The notes: generated by a model from the letters alone, not told the origin. DNA of 64,000 nt from Candidatus Woesearchaeota archaeon (GCA_964411565.1 CAYPLB010000001.1:180757-244756), one strand, 5' to 3'; shown: positions 19,259 to 30,452, numbered from the stretch's first letter. A program made the numbers and translations.

Positions 19259-22200
19259 TTGAAAAGAGGTTACTTTGTAATAGTTAGTGTAATAGTATTT
19301 ATGTTAATTTTAATTAGTGCAGTTAGTGCAATTGATTCTTGTTGTGAGTTAACAAATGATGGAGATTGGTGTGTTTATACTGATAGTGAAAATTGTGATT
19401 CAAGATATAAATCAACTTCTACAAGCTGTGAACAAACTTCTTATTGTGCCGTAGGTACTTGTTACTCCTCAGATACTGGTTCTTGTTATGAAAATACTCC
19501 TCGATCAACTTGTGAAGCAGAAGAAGGTACTACTTGGACAGATGTTGATGCAGATGAATTAGCACAATGTCAGAAAGGTTGTTGTACCATTGCAGATCAA
19601 GCTTTTTTTGTAACAGAAGTTAAGTGTAAAAGTGTAGGTTCACAATATGAAGATGCTGGAGTAGATTTTGATTCGAGTATTGAAACAGAATATGCTTGTT
19701 TGGAAAGTGTGAAAAATAAAAATTTAGGCTGTTGTGTTACAGATGAAGAATATACTTTTGTAACAAGAGAAGAATGTAGTGCATCAGAAGGTGAAGTTGG
19801 AACAAATTTTACAACAACAGGATTTCATGAAGATATGTTGTGTTCAAATGATTTGTTAAGTTCTGATTGTGCAAAACAACATCACACAGGATGTTATGAA
19901 GGAAAAGTTTATTGGTATGACTCTTGTGGTAATAGAGAAAATATTTATAGTTCTGATGAAAGAGGTTCGTATAATGATGGTTATATTTTAGATGAAATAG
20001 ATTCTTGTGAAGCTGATGGTCCACTTGATACAGATTGTGGAAATTGTGATTATGCAGATGGAATGATTTGTGGAACTGATACAGGTAAAGTTATGTCTGT
20101 TGGAGATTATACTTGTGTAGATTTGAATTGTTATGATACTTATGAAAATGATGCAAGTCCTTTGTCAGGTTATGATAAGTTGAATGGAGAAAGTTGGTGT
20201 GTTTTTGATTCAAGACCAGGAGAAGGTTTGGATACAGTTGGAAGTAGACACTATAGACATATTTGTATTAATGGTCAAGAAGTTGTAGAAAGTTGTGCAG
20301 ATTTTAGAGAAGAAATTTGTATCAGTGGAGTTTTGAATGAAGAAGTTTTAGGAACAATGGAAGCTTTAGGTTTAAGTGGAGATAAGGATTATGTAGAAGC
20401 TTCTTGTAGAGATAATAGACCTGAAACTTGTGTTGATTGTAACTCTGATGAATTAAGTTGGACACAAAAAACAGATTGTTGTTTAGATGAAGATTTAAGA
20501 GATTGTCATTATCTTCTCCCCCAGCTAACCAATATTGAAGAAGGTGATAGTGTTAGTAATGGGACTTGTGTTCCTCAAGTACCTCCAGGTTTACAATTTT
20601 GGAGTGAAGATGGTACTGAAGGAGATGCTTCAACATCTGAAGTTTGTAATGCTGCTTCAAGTGAATGTAAAGTTACTTATAGAATTGGTGGTTGGAAAAA
20701 AGTTTTAGGTGGGAAAACTAAACCAGATAATTGGGAATTAATTGAAGAAGGGCCTGATGGTTGTGCAAGTAAGGAATGGCTGATTAATCAAAATACTTTA
20801 TGTAGAACCTTAGGAGATTGTGGTGCTTATTTTAATTTTGCTGGAGAAGCAGGTATGGATGGTTTGGCAACAACACTTTATGATGAAGAATTTTTCTTTG
20901 AAGTTGAAGAATTGGAAGTAAGTGATTTAGGTGATACTGAATATTTGATGAATGTTAATGAATTAGATGAAGGAAAGTTTTGGGGTTTTAATAGTCCTCA
21001 GTTGTTAAAAAATCCTGCGACATATGTTGCAGCAGCTAGTTTTTTAGTCGGTGGAATTGCAGGTGTGTCTGCTTGTGATAATGCTGAAAAAGCTAATGAA
21101 GCAGTTGATGAAGCTGAGAAAGAATATAAGTCTGTAACTAGTGAAGATAATAAAGATGATAGTGATGATGGTGCTGATGGAGTTGATAAAGCTCCTGAAG
21201 TAATTTATTATGCTGGTGGAGGAGATTCACAAAGGACTGTTGCACAAGGGCAGAAGGCTTTAGATACTTTTAAAGGAATAAGTGAATTTAGTGATGGAGC
21301 TAAATGTTTTGTAGGTTCTGCTATTCCAATTTTAGGTTTATTTAAGAAAAATGAAGTTGATTATAGTGAGAAAGCTCAAAGTAAATTTAGAGAGACTGGA
21401 ACTGATGATATATTAGAATATGCAAGTTTAGCAAGTAAATATGCAGGAAAAGCTAAGACTGCTGGGACAGTTTCAAAAGTTGCAAATGTTGTAACAATAG
21501 TTGCTGTTGCTTATATTGCAGTTGAGTATGGTTTGGATAATGAAACGACAATAACTTATAATGTAGATTGTAATTTATGGCAAGCTCCAAATGGTGGAGA
21601 TAATTGTGAATTATGTAATAGTGGAGATACTCCTTGTTCAGAATATAAATGTAGATCTTTAGGAGCTTCATGTGATTTAGTTAATGTTGGTACTACAAAT
21701 GAAACTTGTGTTTCACAATTTGTAAATGATGTAAACTCTCCAGTTATTAGTGAACAAGAAGATTTGTTTGGAGATGAATATACTTTGAGAGTTTCAGAAG
21801 ATGAAAGTAATAAAGGTTTTGAAATAAATGAAAAAATACCTGCGTTTACAAATGTACAATTAGGTTTGACAACAGATGAACCTGCACAGTGTAAATATTC
21901 CTCAGATCCAAGTATGGAATTTGATAGTATGAATAGTTATTTTGGTTCAGAATTATATCTCTATAATCATAGTTTAATATTTTCTTTAGGAGATGAAGTT
22001 ACAGATGAAGAAATTATGGCATTGACTGAAGGAATTTATACTCTTTATGTAAGATGTTCAGATGCAAATGGTAATGCAAATGAAAGAGATTATTTTATTA
22101 GATTTACAGTCGATGATACTCCTGATTTAACTCCTCCAGAAATAATTTTTAGTTCCTTAGAATCTGGATCTTATATTCCATATGATGTTGAAGAAACAAC

Positions 22201-22987
22201 ATTTAGTATTTTTACTAATGAACCTGCAAGTTGTATGTGGAATAATAATGATACTAGTTATGAATTTATGAATGGAGAAATGGATTGTGCTAGTTCAGGA
22301 TTTGAACAAAGTTCAGAATATTATGGAACTTATGAATGTTCAACAACTTTAACAGGGGTTGGAGAAAATGAAATTAATAGATTCTATTTTAGATGTGCAG
22401 ACCAATCAGGAAATATTAATGATGATAGTTATGAGTTTACAACAAAACAAACTGAAGATCCTTTAGAAATTGTTGAAGTTGGACCTGAAGGAACTGTTGG
22501 ACAAGAAATTACTTTGGAAGTTGAAACTAATGATGGTGCAGAGAATGGTGAAGCAACTTGTAAATTTTATTCTGAAGATGTATCTTATGATTCAATGATT
22601 GAGTTTGTTGATACTAATGGAAGTGATCATAGTCAAAGTCTAGAATTAATTGAAGGAGAATATGAATATTATTTTGGATGTAGGGATATTGCAGGTAACT
22701 TAGCTTATAATAGTACAAGCTTTACTGTCGAGGTAGATAATAAAGGACCAGTTATAGAAGTTATTTATATAGATACTGCGTACTCTGTATTGTATATAGA
22801 AATGGATGAAGATTCAACTTGTGAATATGCAAGTGAAGTGTTTACTTATGGTGAAGGATCTTTAATGACAGGTGAAGAAAAAACTGGACATGAAGCAAGT
22901 TTAGAAAGTTTGTATTTCTATATTATTTGTGAAGATTTAATTGGTAATCAAGGAACTTATGAAGTAGATTTAACAGCATGGGTTTAG
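19259..22987 (+). CDS. large secreted Cys-rich protein, paralog 3
   Basis: Same scaffold (CCELT..GDWCVYT, GESWC, VGSRHYR, GDCG, CNLWQAP); TTG start with TATA box and GAGGGG upstream. Confidence 0.85.
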   Translation: MKRGYFVIVSVIVFMLILISAVSAIDSCCELTNDGDWCVYTDSENCDSRYKSTSTSCEQTSYCAVGTCYSSDTGSCYENTPRSTCEAEEGTTWTDVDADELAQCQKGCCTIADQAFFVTEVKCKSVGSQYEDAGVDFDSSIETEYACLESVKNKNLGCCVTDEEYTFVTREECSASEGEVGTNFTTTGFHEDMLCSNDLLSSDCAKQHHTGCYEGKVYWYDSCGNRENIYSSDERGSYNDGYILDEIDSCEADGPLDTDCGNCDYADGMICGTDTGKVMSVGDYTCVDLNCYDTYENDASPLSGYDKLNGESWCVFDSRPGEGLDTVGSRHYRHICINGQEVVESCADFREEICISGVLNEEVLGTMEALGLSGDKDYVEASCRDNRPETCVDCNSDELSWTQKTDCCLDEDLRDCHYLLPQLTNIEEGDSVSNGTCVPQVPPGLQFWSEDGTEGDASTSEVCNAASSECKVTYRIGGWKKVLGGKTKPDNWELIEEGPDGCASKEWLINQNTLCRTLGDCGAYFNFAGEAGMDGLATTLYDEEFFFEVEELEVSDLGDTEYLMNVNELDEGKFWGFNSPQLLKNPATYVAAASFLVGGIAGVSACDNAEKANEAVDEAEKEYKSVTSEDNKDDSDDGADGVDKAPEVIYYAGGGDSQRTVAQGQKALDTFKGISEFSDGAKCFVGSAIPILGLFKKNEVDYSEKAQSKFRETGTDDILEYASLASKYAGKAKTAGTVSKVANVVTIVAVAYIAVEYGLDNETTITYNVDCNLWQAPNGGDNCELCNSGDTPCSEYKCRSLGASCDLVNVGTTNETCVSQFVNDVNSPVISEQEDLFGDEYTLRVSEDESNKGFEINEKIPAFTNVQLGLTTDEPAQCKYSSDPSMEFDSMNSYFGSELYLYNHSLIFSLGDEVTDEEIMALTEGIYTLYVRCSDANGNANERDYFIRFTVDDTPDLTPPEIIFSSLESGSYIPYDVEETTFSIFTNEPASCMWNNNDTSYEFMNGEMDCASSGFEQSSEYYGTYECSTTLTGVGENEINRFYFRCADQSGNINDDSYEFTTKQTEDPLEIVEVGPEGTVGQEITLEVETNDGAENGEATCKFYSEDVSYDSMIEFVDTNGSDHSQSLELIEGEYEYYFGCRDIAGNLAYNSTSFTVEVDNKGPVIEVIYIDTAYSVLYIEMDEDSTCEYASEVFTYGEGSLMTGEEKTGHEASLESLYFYIICEDLIGNQGTYEVDLTAWV

Positions 22988-23041
22988 AGTTAATTGTTTT
23001 TTTGATAAAAGTTTTTAAATAAATATATCTTTATTATATTT

Positions 23042-26000
23042 ATGAAAAGGGGGAGTTTGGGTTTATTATTATTATTGTTAATCATTCTTAGTTGTGTAAA
23101 CTTTGTTTTTGCAGATTCAAATTCTTTAGATGCTACTGAATGGAGAATGTATGGAAGATATTTAAATAATACAAGATATACAACAAGCTCAGCTCCAGAA
23201 AATATTTCAGCTGCAACTATTATAACTAAAACTGCAGCAGATAATGTTTATGCTTCTCCAGCAGTTGTTGATGGTTATGTTTATGTTACTGATTATGATA
23301 CTTTATATAAATTAGATGCAGCGAATATTAGTATAGTTGATGATTCTAGGTCTATTACTTATGGAAGTACAGCATCATCACCTCTTATAGTTGGTGAAAG
23401 TGTTTATTTTTCATATAACACTGTAATATATCAATATAATAAATCTGATTTTACTCATTTAATTGGATCTGAAACTAGAACAAGAACAAGTACAGGAATA
23501 ATAGAATATAATGGAGCTATTTATTCTGGAGGTTGGAATGATAGAAATGTTTACCAATTAAATTCAACTGATATTGATAATGCAATTAATGTATATTATA
23601 ACCCTTATAGATGTTCAAATTTTCCTGCAATTTATGAAGATAAACTTTTTTTACAATGTAACCAATATACTTATGTGTTAAATGCTTCAGATGTTACTCA
23701 AGTTCTTCAAAGTAAATATATTAGTTCTGCTTTATTTGCAGGTCAAGCTGTTATGATTGCTGAAGGTAGTGTTTACCTTGCTTATGATGATGATACAATT
23801 TATCAAATGAATGTTTCAAATATTTCACATCAGATATCAAGTTTTACAGCAAGTGCTGCATTTGATGGTGGAATGGGGTATAGAGCAGGATTTATTTATG
23901 CAGGAAATAGGAATGATAGAATTTATCAATTAAATGCTTCTAATATTTCAATCCAATATGCTAATTATACAGCTGGAGGAGATGTTACATCAGCACCTGC
24001 ACTTACAGATCAATATCTTTTTATTGGTAGTTCTGATGAATATTTGTATCAATTAAATGTAAGTAATGTTTCAAAGTTAATTAATAGATATTTTACAGAT
24101 GCTGCAGTTTATGCTGCACCTGTTGTTGCTGATGGAGCAGTTTATGTAGGTACAGGTTATCCTTATAAATTTTATCAGTTTGGAATTCCAAATATTCCTT
24201 CAATTAATACAAATAGTCCTACAGATAATTTTGCTGCAGCTGCACCACCTGTAGATGTAAATTTTTCTTGTACTGCAACTGATGATAGTGGTCTAAGTAA
24301 TATTAGTTTTTTTCTTTCTGATGAAAATACTGAAAATCTTGCATTAAATCAAACAACTTTGTTAAGTGGAACAAGTAACACAACAACCTGGGTTGTTACT
24401 CTAAATGATGGAGTTTATTCTTGGACTTGTCAAGCAGGAGATAATGAAAATAACACTAAATTAGGAAGTACTAAAACAGTTAATGTTGATTCAGATCTTC
24501 CAACTTATACAATGAATTCTCCTGATGCTGATTGGGTTAATGATTCTTGGGATCCAATAAATGTAGTTTTTAATTGTTCAAGTACAGATAATGTTGGATT
24601 AAGTAATATCAGTTTATATTTAACTGATAGTACAAATAGTAGCTTTGCTGTTAATCAAACAACAACAGTTTCTGGAACTAGTGGAAGTGCAGAATGGGAA
24701 TTAGATTTGCCAAAAGGAAATTATACTTGGGCTTGTTTTACTACAGACTCTGTTAATAATATAAATAGAAGTGTGAATAGATCAATTACAGCAAATTATT
24801 CTGATACTGTTGTTCCAACTTTTTCTGATATTGCTAATATGACTATTATTCAAGGAAATAATGTTTCTCTTGATATTAATGCGACAGATGATTTTAGTTT
24901 TGCTTGTTTTTCTGTTAATGATACAACAAATTTCCAAATTGACTGTGATGGTTCTTTGTCAAATAAAACTTATTTAGATACAACTTTGTATAATCTTAAT
25001 ATTACAATTAATGATACTTATGGAAATCAAGTTTCAGATTTAATGTGGGTGAATATTACTCCAAGACCACAAATTGGTTTTTCTTTAGTGACACCTACAG
25101 GGAATATTAATGTTACTCAAAATACTACTTTTACAGTTACCGTTGAAGTTACTTGTTTGAACGCAGACTGTGGTGAAATAAATGTAAGTTTAGATCCAAA
25201 ACCAATAGGAGAAGAGGAAGAAGAAACGGCTTCAATATTGAGTTCTTTATCTTTGACAGATACAAAAAGTTTTGTTTATGATATTCAAGATGGATGTGAT
25301 ATTAGTGATGGACATGCTGATGTTTTTGATGGTGGACTTAGATTGTATATAGATAATTCAGAATACACAGGGACGAGAAGTTCAACAGAAGAATCCGGAA
25401 GAGAAGCTGTGTGTAATGGTCAAACAAAATCTTCTTTAAATGTTAGTAGAAAAGTTTTTGTTCCTTCAGATCAAAATTGGGCAAGATATTTAGATATTTT
25501 AGAAAATCCTACAGATAGTGAAATTTGTGTTGATGTAAAAGTTTATCAAAACATGGGTTCAGATGGATCTGATTTTATGAATACTTCTGATGGAGATACA
25601 ACTTGGGAAACTACTGATCATTGGATGATGTGGGATGATTCAAGTGCAAGTGCAGGAGATGATGCTGCAGGTTTTATTTATCAACAAGATGGATCAACAG
25701 AAGTTATAGATTCTTTGACACCAAGTACTGCGAGTGGTGGATATAATCAGTGGATTTGGGAAGAGGTTTGTATTGGGGCAGGTCAAACAGAAATATTAAT
25801 GTACTTTTTTACTCAATGGGATACAAGGGCACAATCTATTGCTGAAGCTGATGTTATTTATACTAACTATAATAATGATGTACATAAAGAAGGAATGAGT
25901 GATCTTGAAGTATCACAAATAGTAAATTGGCAAATGTCTGGAGTTAGCAAAAGTGGATTAATTTCGACGACAGTTGGAGATACACCTTTCTATACTACAA

Positions 26001-28438
26001 ATATAAATCCTTCAAATGTCACATTAAATGTAGGAGAATCAGCAACTATTTCATGGGTTGTAAATGCTACAGGTGATGCAAATGTTACTCATGTGTTTTT
26101 TGCATTTGCAAATAAAACTGCAGATATGACTGTAAGTAATATAACTGGACTTTGGAATGTTTCAGTTGTTAATGTTACTGTTGGTGATTTAACTGCTCCT
26201 GTAATTACAATTGAGTCTCCTTCAAATAATACTTTTACTACAGATACAAATATATTTGTAAATTATTCTGCTGTTGAAGCAGTGAATATTTCTTCTTGCT
26301 GGTATAGTAATGGTACTATGGAAGTAAATTACACATTAGATAATTGTGCAAATATTACTGATGTCACATGGAGTGAAGGAGAACATACTGTTAATATTTG
26401 GGTGAATGATACTTCTGATAATTTAGATAATTCAAGAGTTACTTTTACAATTGATACAATTTATCCAACAATAAATATTAGTTCTCCAGAAAATAATTCT
26501 TTGAGTGGGAATTCTACAACAAATATTATCTATTCAGTTTCAGATACAAACCTAGATTCTTGTTGGTATAGTAATGATAGTTTAGGTGTTAATTATACTA
26601 TAACAAGTTGTGCAAATATTTCTGATGTAACTTGGATTGAAGGAAATAGGAATGTTACAGTTTGGGTAAATGATAGTGCTGGTAATGAAAATAAATCTTC
26701 AATAATTTTTTCAATTGATATTACAAAACCTTCAATTAATATTAGTATTCCTGTAAATAATTCTAATACTACTAATCAAAATTTAGATGTTATCTATAGT
26801 GTGTCAGATTTGAATTTAGATTCTTGTTGGTATAGTAATGATACAATGAGTGTTAATTATAGTCTTGAGTCTTGTGCAAATATTACTAATCTAATTTGGA
26901 ATGTTGGAAATCATAACTTAACTGTTTGGGTGAATGATACTGTGAATAATGTGAATAGTAGTTTAATTGTATTTGAAATCTTAGCAGATTTGGATAATGA
27001 TGGTTTTTTAGATGATATTGATCCTTTAAGGTATAATGAAACAAATGTTACTAAATCTGGAATTACTTTGTTGAATATTACTGTAGGGGGAAATAGAACA
27101 AATGAAACTTATTCTGGTTCACATGTTGTAAAATTTTATGATGAAAATACTTTAATGATAAATTTTAGTCATAACTTTAGTAGTAATAATCTTGATTTAA
27201 GCAAAGTTACTATTGATAAAACAGATACAAGTTTAATTGTAAATCTTTCAGGGCAATTACAAGGTAATAAAACTTTATTTATTAATGATAATAATTTTGC
27301 TAGTTTGTGTGTGAAAGATGGTGAAGTATCTTCAATAAGTGAAGTTAGCTCTGGATGTAATGAAGCAAATGAGACTGATTTAACAAATTGTTTAGGTGGA
27401 AGTTTATCTAGTAACGGTATTGAATGTGTTGATGAAGGAAATATAATTAAAATTAGTAATTTAATGTATTCAGCTATTAGAGGAACTCAAGCTTCTTCAG
27501 ACTCTTCTAGTTCAAGTACTAGTGGAGGAGGAGGAAGTAGTAGTTTTATTAGTTTAAGTCAAACTTGTAGTCTCGAGAGTGATTGTGAAGATAATGAAAT
27601 TTGTTTAGATGAAAAATGTGTTCAAGTTGATTGTAAGTTAGATGAAGACTGTAGGGAAAAACAATATTGTTTTGGAAATGAATGTTATGATTATGAATGT
27701 TATAGTAATACTGATTGTAATTTAGAGGAAGGAGAAAGTTGTAGAGAAAATATATGTGTTAAATTATTTGATATAGTTATTGAAAGTTTTAATTCCTCTG
27801 TGAATGTTGGAGATTTTTTCCATTTTACTTATTTCTTAAAAGGGATGGCTGATATTAGTGATGATGTAGAAATAGAATTTTGGATATCTGATAATGGGAC
27901 AATTTTGAGTGAAGGAAAAGATACAATTTATGTAGGGAGTTTTGAGGAAATTACAAATGAAGGAGAACTTTTATTACCAACAACTTTAGAATCTGGAGTT
28001 TATTTATTTTATATCAAAGTTAGGTACTTAGACTATAGTGCTGATTCCTATAGAACTATTGAAATAGATGTTAAAGATGATGGAACTGTTGAAATTATAG
28101 AGGTTGAAGAAAAAGAAGATAGTTCTGTTTTAGGCTTTGTTGTTTTAGGGTTTTTATTGATGTTAGTAGTTTTCTTCTATAAATTAAATGATAGTAGGGA
28201 TACTTTGTATGAAGAATTAGAAAGACAAAAAATCTTGATTAAAAAATTAAGAAAAGAGAGATTTAAGAAAAAAGAATTGAAAAAGAAAAAGAAGAAGAAA
28301 AAGAAAATTAAAGGGGCTATTATTTCAAAGAAAGAGATGTTAAAAGACTCTACTAAAATTAAAACTGATGAAGGAAGATTGCTGATAAAAGGGTTACTAA
28401 AAAAAGTCTTAGAGAAAAAAAATAATGATAAAAAGTAA
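23042..28438 (+). CDS. giant membrane-anchored adhesin-like protein (PQQ-type beta-propeller plus Ig-like repeats)
   Basis: Signal peptide, WRMYG and SPAV.DG.VY PQQ-like repeats, three SCWYSN/VWVND repeats, many NxS/T sequons, Ser/Gly linker, Cys-rich module, TM and poly-Lys tail. Confidence 0.85.
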   Translation: MKRGSLGLLLLLLIILSCVNFVFADSNSLDATEWRMYGRYLNNTRYTTSSAPENISAATIITKTAADNVYASPAVVDGYVYVTDYDTLYKLDAANISIVDDSRSITYGSTASSPLIVGESVYFSYNTVIYQYNKSDFTHLIGSETRTRTSTGIIEYNGAIYSGGWNDRNVYQLNSTDIDNAINVYYNPYRCSNFPAIYEDKLFLQCNQYTYVLNASDVTQVLQSKYISSALFAGQAVMIAEGSVYLAYDDDTIYQMNVSNISHQISSFTASAAFDGGMGYRAGFIYAGNRNDRIYQLNASNISIQYANYTAGGDVTSAPALTDQYLFIGSSDEYLYQLNVSNVSKLINRYFTDAAVYAAPVVADGAVYVGTGYPYKFYQFGIPNIPSINTNSPTDNFAAAAPPVDVNFSCTATDDSGLSNISFFLSDENTENLALNQTTLLSGTSNTTTWVVTLNDGVYSWTCQAGDNENNTKLGSTKTVNVDSDLPTYTMNSPDADWVNDSWDPINVVFNCSSTDNVGLSNISLYLTDSTNSSFAVNQTTTVSGTSGSAEWELDLPKGNYTWACFTTDSVNNINRSVNRSITANYSDTVVPTFSDIANMTIIQGNNVSLDINATDDFSFACFSVNDTTNFQIDCDGSLSNKTYLDTTLYNLNITINDTYGNQVSDLMWVNITPRPQIGFSLVTPTGNINVTQNTTFTVTVEVTCLNADCGEINVSLDPKPIGEEEEETASILSSLSLTDTKSFVYDIQDGCDISDGHADVFDGGLRLYIDNSEYTGTRSSTEESGREAVCNGQTKSSLNVSRKVFVPSDQNWARYLDILENPTDSEICVDVKVYQNMGSDGSDFMNTSDGDTTWETTDHWMMWDDSSASAGDDAAGFIYQQDGSTEVIDSLTPSTASGGYNQWIWEEVCIGAGQTEILMYFFTQWDTRAQSIAEADVIYTNYNNDVHKEGMSDLEVSQIVNWQMSGVSKSGLISTTVGDTPFYTTNINPSNVTLNVGESATISWVVNATGDANVTHVFFAFANKTADMTVSNITGLWNVSVVNVTVGDLTAPVITIESPSNNTFTTDTNIFVNYSAVEAVNISSCWYSNGTMEVNYTLDNCANITDVTWSEGEHTVNIWVNDTSDNLDNSRVTFTIDTIYPTINISSPENNSLSGNSTTNIIYSVSDTNLDSCWYSNDSLGVNYTITSCANISDVTWIEGNRNVTVWVNDSAGNENKSSIIFSIDITKPSINISIPVNNSNTTNQNLDVIYSVSDLNLDSCWYSNDTMSVNYSLESCANITNLIWNVGNHNLTVWVNDTVNNVNSSLIVFEILADLDNDGFLDDIDPLRYNETNVTKSGITLLNITVGGNRTNETYSGSHVVKFYDENTLMINFSHNFSSNNLDLSKVTIDKTDTSLIVNLSGQLQGNKTLFINDNNFASLCVKDGEVSSISEVSSGCNEANETDLTNCLGGSLSSNGIECVDEGNIIKISNLMYSAIRGTQASSDSSSSSTSGGGGSSSFISLSQTCSLESDCEDNEICLDEKCVQVDCKLDEDCREKQYCFGNECYDYECYSNTDCNLEEGESCRENICVKLFDIVIESFNSSVNVGDFFHFTYFLKGMADISDDVEIEFWISDNGTILSEGKDTIYVGSFEEITNEGELLLPTTLESGVYLFYIKVRYLDYSADSYRTIEIDVKDDGTVEIIEVEEKEDSSVLGFVVLGFLLMLVVFFYKLNDSRDTLYEELERQKILIKKLRKERFKKKELKKKKKKKKKIKGAIISKKEMLKDSTKIKTDEGRLLIKGLLKKVLEKKNNDKK

Positions 28439-28476
28439 GAGTTAATTTTATAAAGTTTCTTTGGTTGTTTATATTT

Positions 28477-28971
28477 ATGAAAAGAGGTCAGATTCTAGGT
28501 GTTCCTTTAGTGTTATTGTTTGCATTAATTGTTGGTGCTTTAATTTTAGCTTATGGAGCAAAAGTTGCAATTGATTTGGTTAATGAAGCAGATTATATTG
28601 ATTTTTTGGATAGTATGTCAGATTTAGAAAATAATATACAAACATTTTCTCATTATGATGAAGGTTCTTCAAAAGTTTATGATATAGATTTACCTACTGA
28701 TGTTGAAGCAGTTTGTTTTTATAATGATGGGAAGGATTTTGATTGTACTCTTGATGGTGAAATCTGTGATGAAATTTTAGAAGGGACTTTAGATCTATTG
28801 GTTGAGAGTAATTTTAATGTCTATGTTTATCCAAATAATGCTTTTGATCAGACAAGATTAAATATAGAAGATTTTGAAACTGAAGCAGGAAATCCTGAGT
28901 GTATATCAAATGGACATTCATTATTAATAACTGCTTACAGTGATTATGTAGGATTAACTTATTATGAATAA
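28477..28971 (+). CDS. class III signal peptide (pilin-like) protein
   Basis: MKRG/QILGVPLVLLFALIVG; TATA box 22 nt upstream supports the 28477 start. Confidence 0.78.
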   Translation: MKRGQILGVPLVLLFALIVGALILAYGAKVAIDLVNEADYIDFLDSMSDLENNIQTFSHYDEGSSKVYDIDLPTDVEAVCFYNDGKDFDCTLDGEICDEILEGTLDLLVESNFNVYVYPNNAFDQTRLNIEDFETEAGNPECISNGHSLLITAYSDYVGLTYYE

Positions 28972-29962
28972 AAAAGCACAAATGTCCTCACCATTTAGTT
29001 ATATTTTTGCTTTAATAATTGGGGGAATAGTGTTTATGTTTTTAATTGGTTTTGCTTACAAATTTATTGCTTTGTCTGGTGCATTAGGAGCAGCTGAAAC
29101 TGTTTCAGCTTTGAATGATGAGTTTGCAGCTTTTTCTGTTTCTGAGTCAGCAGAGAAAGTAATTAATTATGGAAGTAGTTTTGATTTTACAGTCTTTGAA
29201 GGAGAGTTAAGAAGTGGTGGGCAAAGTAAAAGTATAGATCATATTATTTTTTCTCCTTATGAAATTCAAGGGAAAGATTTGTATGCAGCAACGCGTTCTT
29301 TAGAATTGCCATATAGAGTTGGAAATTTATTTTATTTGTCAGATGGAAGTGTTGTTTATATTTTAGTTTATGATTCAAATTCTGAGGAAGTAGTTGAAGA
29401 ATTAATTGATTCTTATTCTGCAATTCCTAGTAATTTTCCTAGAGAAGCTTTTTCAATTACACAAGTTTCTTCTAACATAGGAGAACTTAGTCAGTTAACA
29501 GCATCATATAGTCAAGTTAGGTTTGTATTCTTTACATCTTATGATAATGTTCTTGATGATATCCAAAGTAATTTTGAAAATTATGAAATTTTAAAAGTTG
29601 AATCTTCTGATGAAGAATATCTTTATGGACAAGTTGAATATTCTGATGGTGAAGAAGTTGTTTATTTAGGATATCCTTTGTTGATAGGTGCAATTATTTC
29701 TTATGGTGCTACAGGTTATGAATATAATTTTGATTTAGTTATGGAAAAGTTGTCGTCAATAACTAATGTTTATTATGATAAATCTAAATTTGTTTCTGCA
29801 AGAAAACCAGAGTGTGATTATAATTCTATCAAAACAACTTTGAATAATTATAAATCTTTAACAAATCAAGATGAAGTTTCATATAGTAGTTATGCTACAA
29901 AAATTGAACAAGTTGAAAATGCTAATGATGGTTTAGGAGGTGATTGTCCTGAAGTTTTCTAA
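28964..29962 (+). CDS. class III signal peptide (pilin-like) protein
   Basis: MNKKA/QMSSPFSYIFALIIG. Confidence 0.78.
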   Translation: MNKKAQMSSPFSYIFALIIGGIVFMFLIGFAYKFIALSGALGAAETVSALNDEFAAFSVSESAEKVINYGSSFDFTVFEGELRSGGQSKSIDHIIFSPYEIQGKDLYAATRSLELPYRVGNLFYLSDGSVVYILVYDSNSEEVVEELIDSYSAIPSNFPREAFSITQVSSNIGELSQLTASYSQVRFVFFTSYDNVLDDIQSNFENYEILKVESSDEEYLYGQVEYSDGEEVVYLGYPLLIGAIISYGATGYEYNFDLVMEKLSSITNVYYDKSKFVSARKPECDYNSIKTTLNNYKSLTNQDEVSYSSYATKIEQVENANDGLGGDCPEVF

Positions 29963-30452
29963 AGGTCAAATACAAATGATGGAAACACTGATGGTTGCAG
30001 TAGTTTTTATGGTTGTATTAATTGTAGCTTTAGCATTTTATTTTAAGTTCTCATTAGAAAGTATGGAAGAAAGTGGACAAGAAGCTTGTTTAGTTTCAAA
30101 TACTGTGTTGTTGGCATCAGTAAGTTCAATGGCAGAGATACAATGTAGTATCGATGGGAAAACTGAAAATTGTATTGATACTTCAAAATTAATTGTATTT
30201 GATCCAGGTAGAACTTATGGAAGTATGTTTACAACAAACTGTAACCAAAGAGTTTATTTTGAACAAGTATATCCAGAACCGGAAAATGGAACTTGTGATC
30301 AAAATAATTATCCTGATTGTACACAATTTGTGTTTTATGATCCTGATGTAAGTTATAGCTCAACAATCAAAATATCTACACCAACAAGTTTATATTTTCC
30401 GTTAACAGAGGAATATAAATTTGGAAAGTTAGTGATAGAGGTGCTTTTATGA
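29940..30452 (+). CDS. class III signal peptide (pilin-like) protein
   Basis: SKG/QIQMMETLMVAVVF followed by a Cys-containing globular domain. Confidence 0.75.
   Translation: MIVLKFSKGQIQMMETLMVAVVFMVVLIVALAFYFKFSLESMEESGQEACLVSNTVLLASVSSMAEIQCSIDGKTENCIDTSKLIVFDPGRTYGSMFTTNCNQRVYFEQVYPEPENGTCDQNNYPDCTQFVFYDPDVSYSSTIKISTPTSLYFPLTEEYKFGKLVIEVLL

Noticed and set aside
9270-22987. Diversity-generating retroelement as the source of paralog variation
   Set aside because: No reverse transcriptase and no near-identical TR/VR pair seen; the paralogs are diverged throughout.
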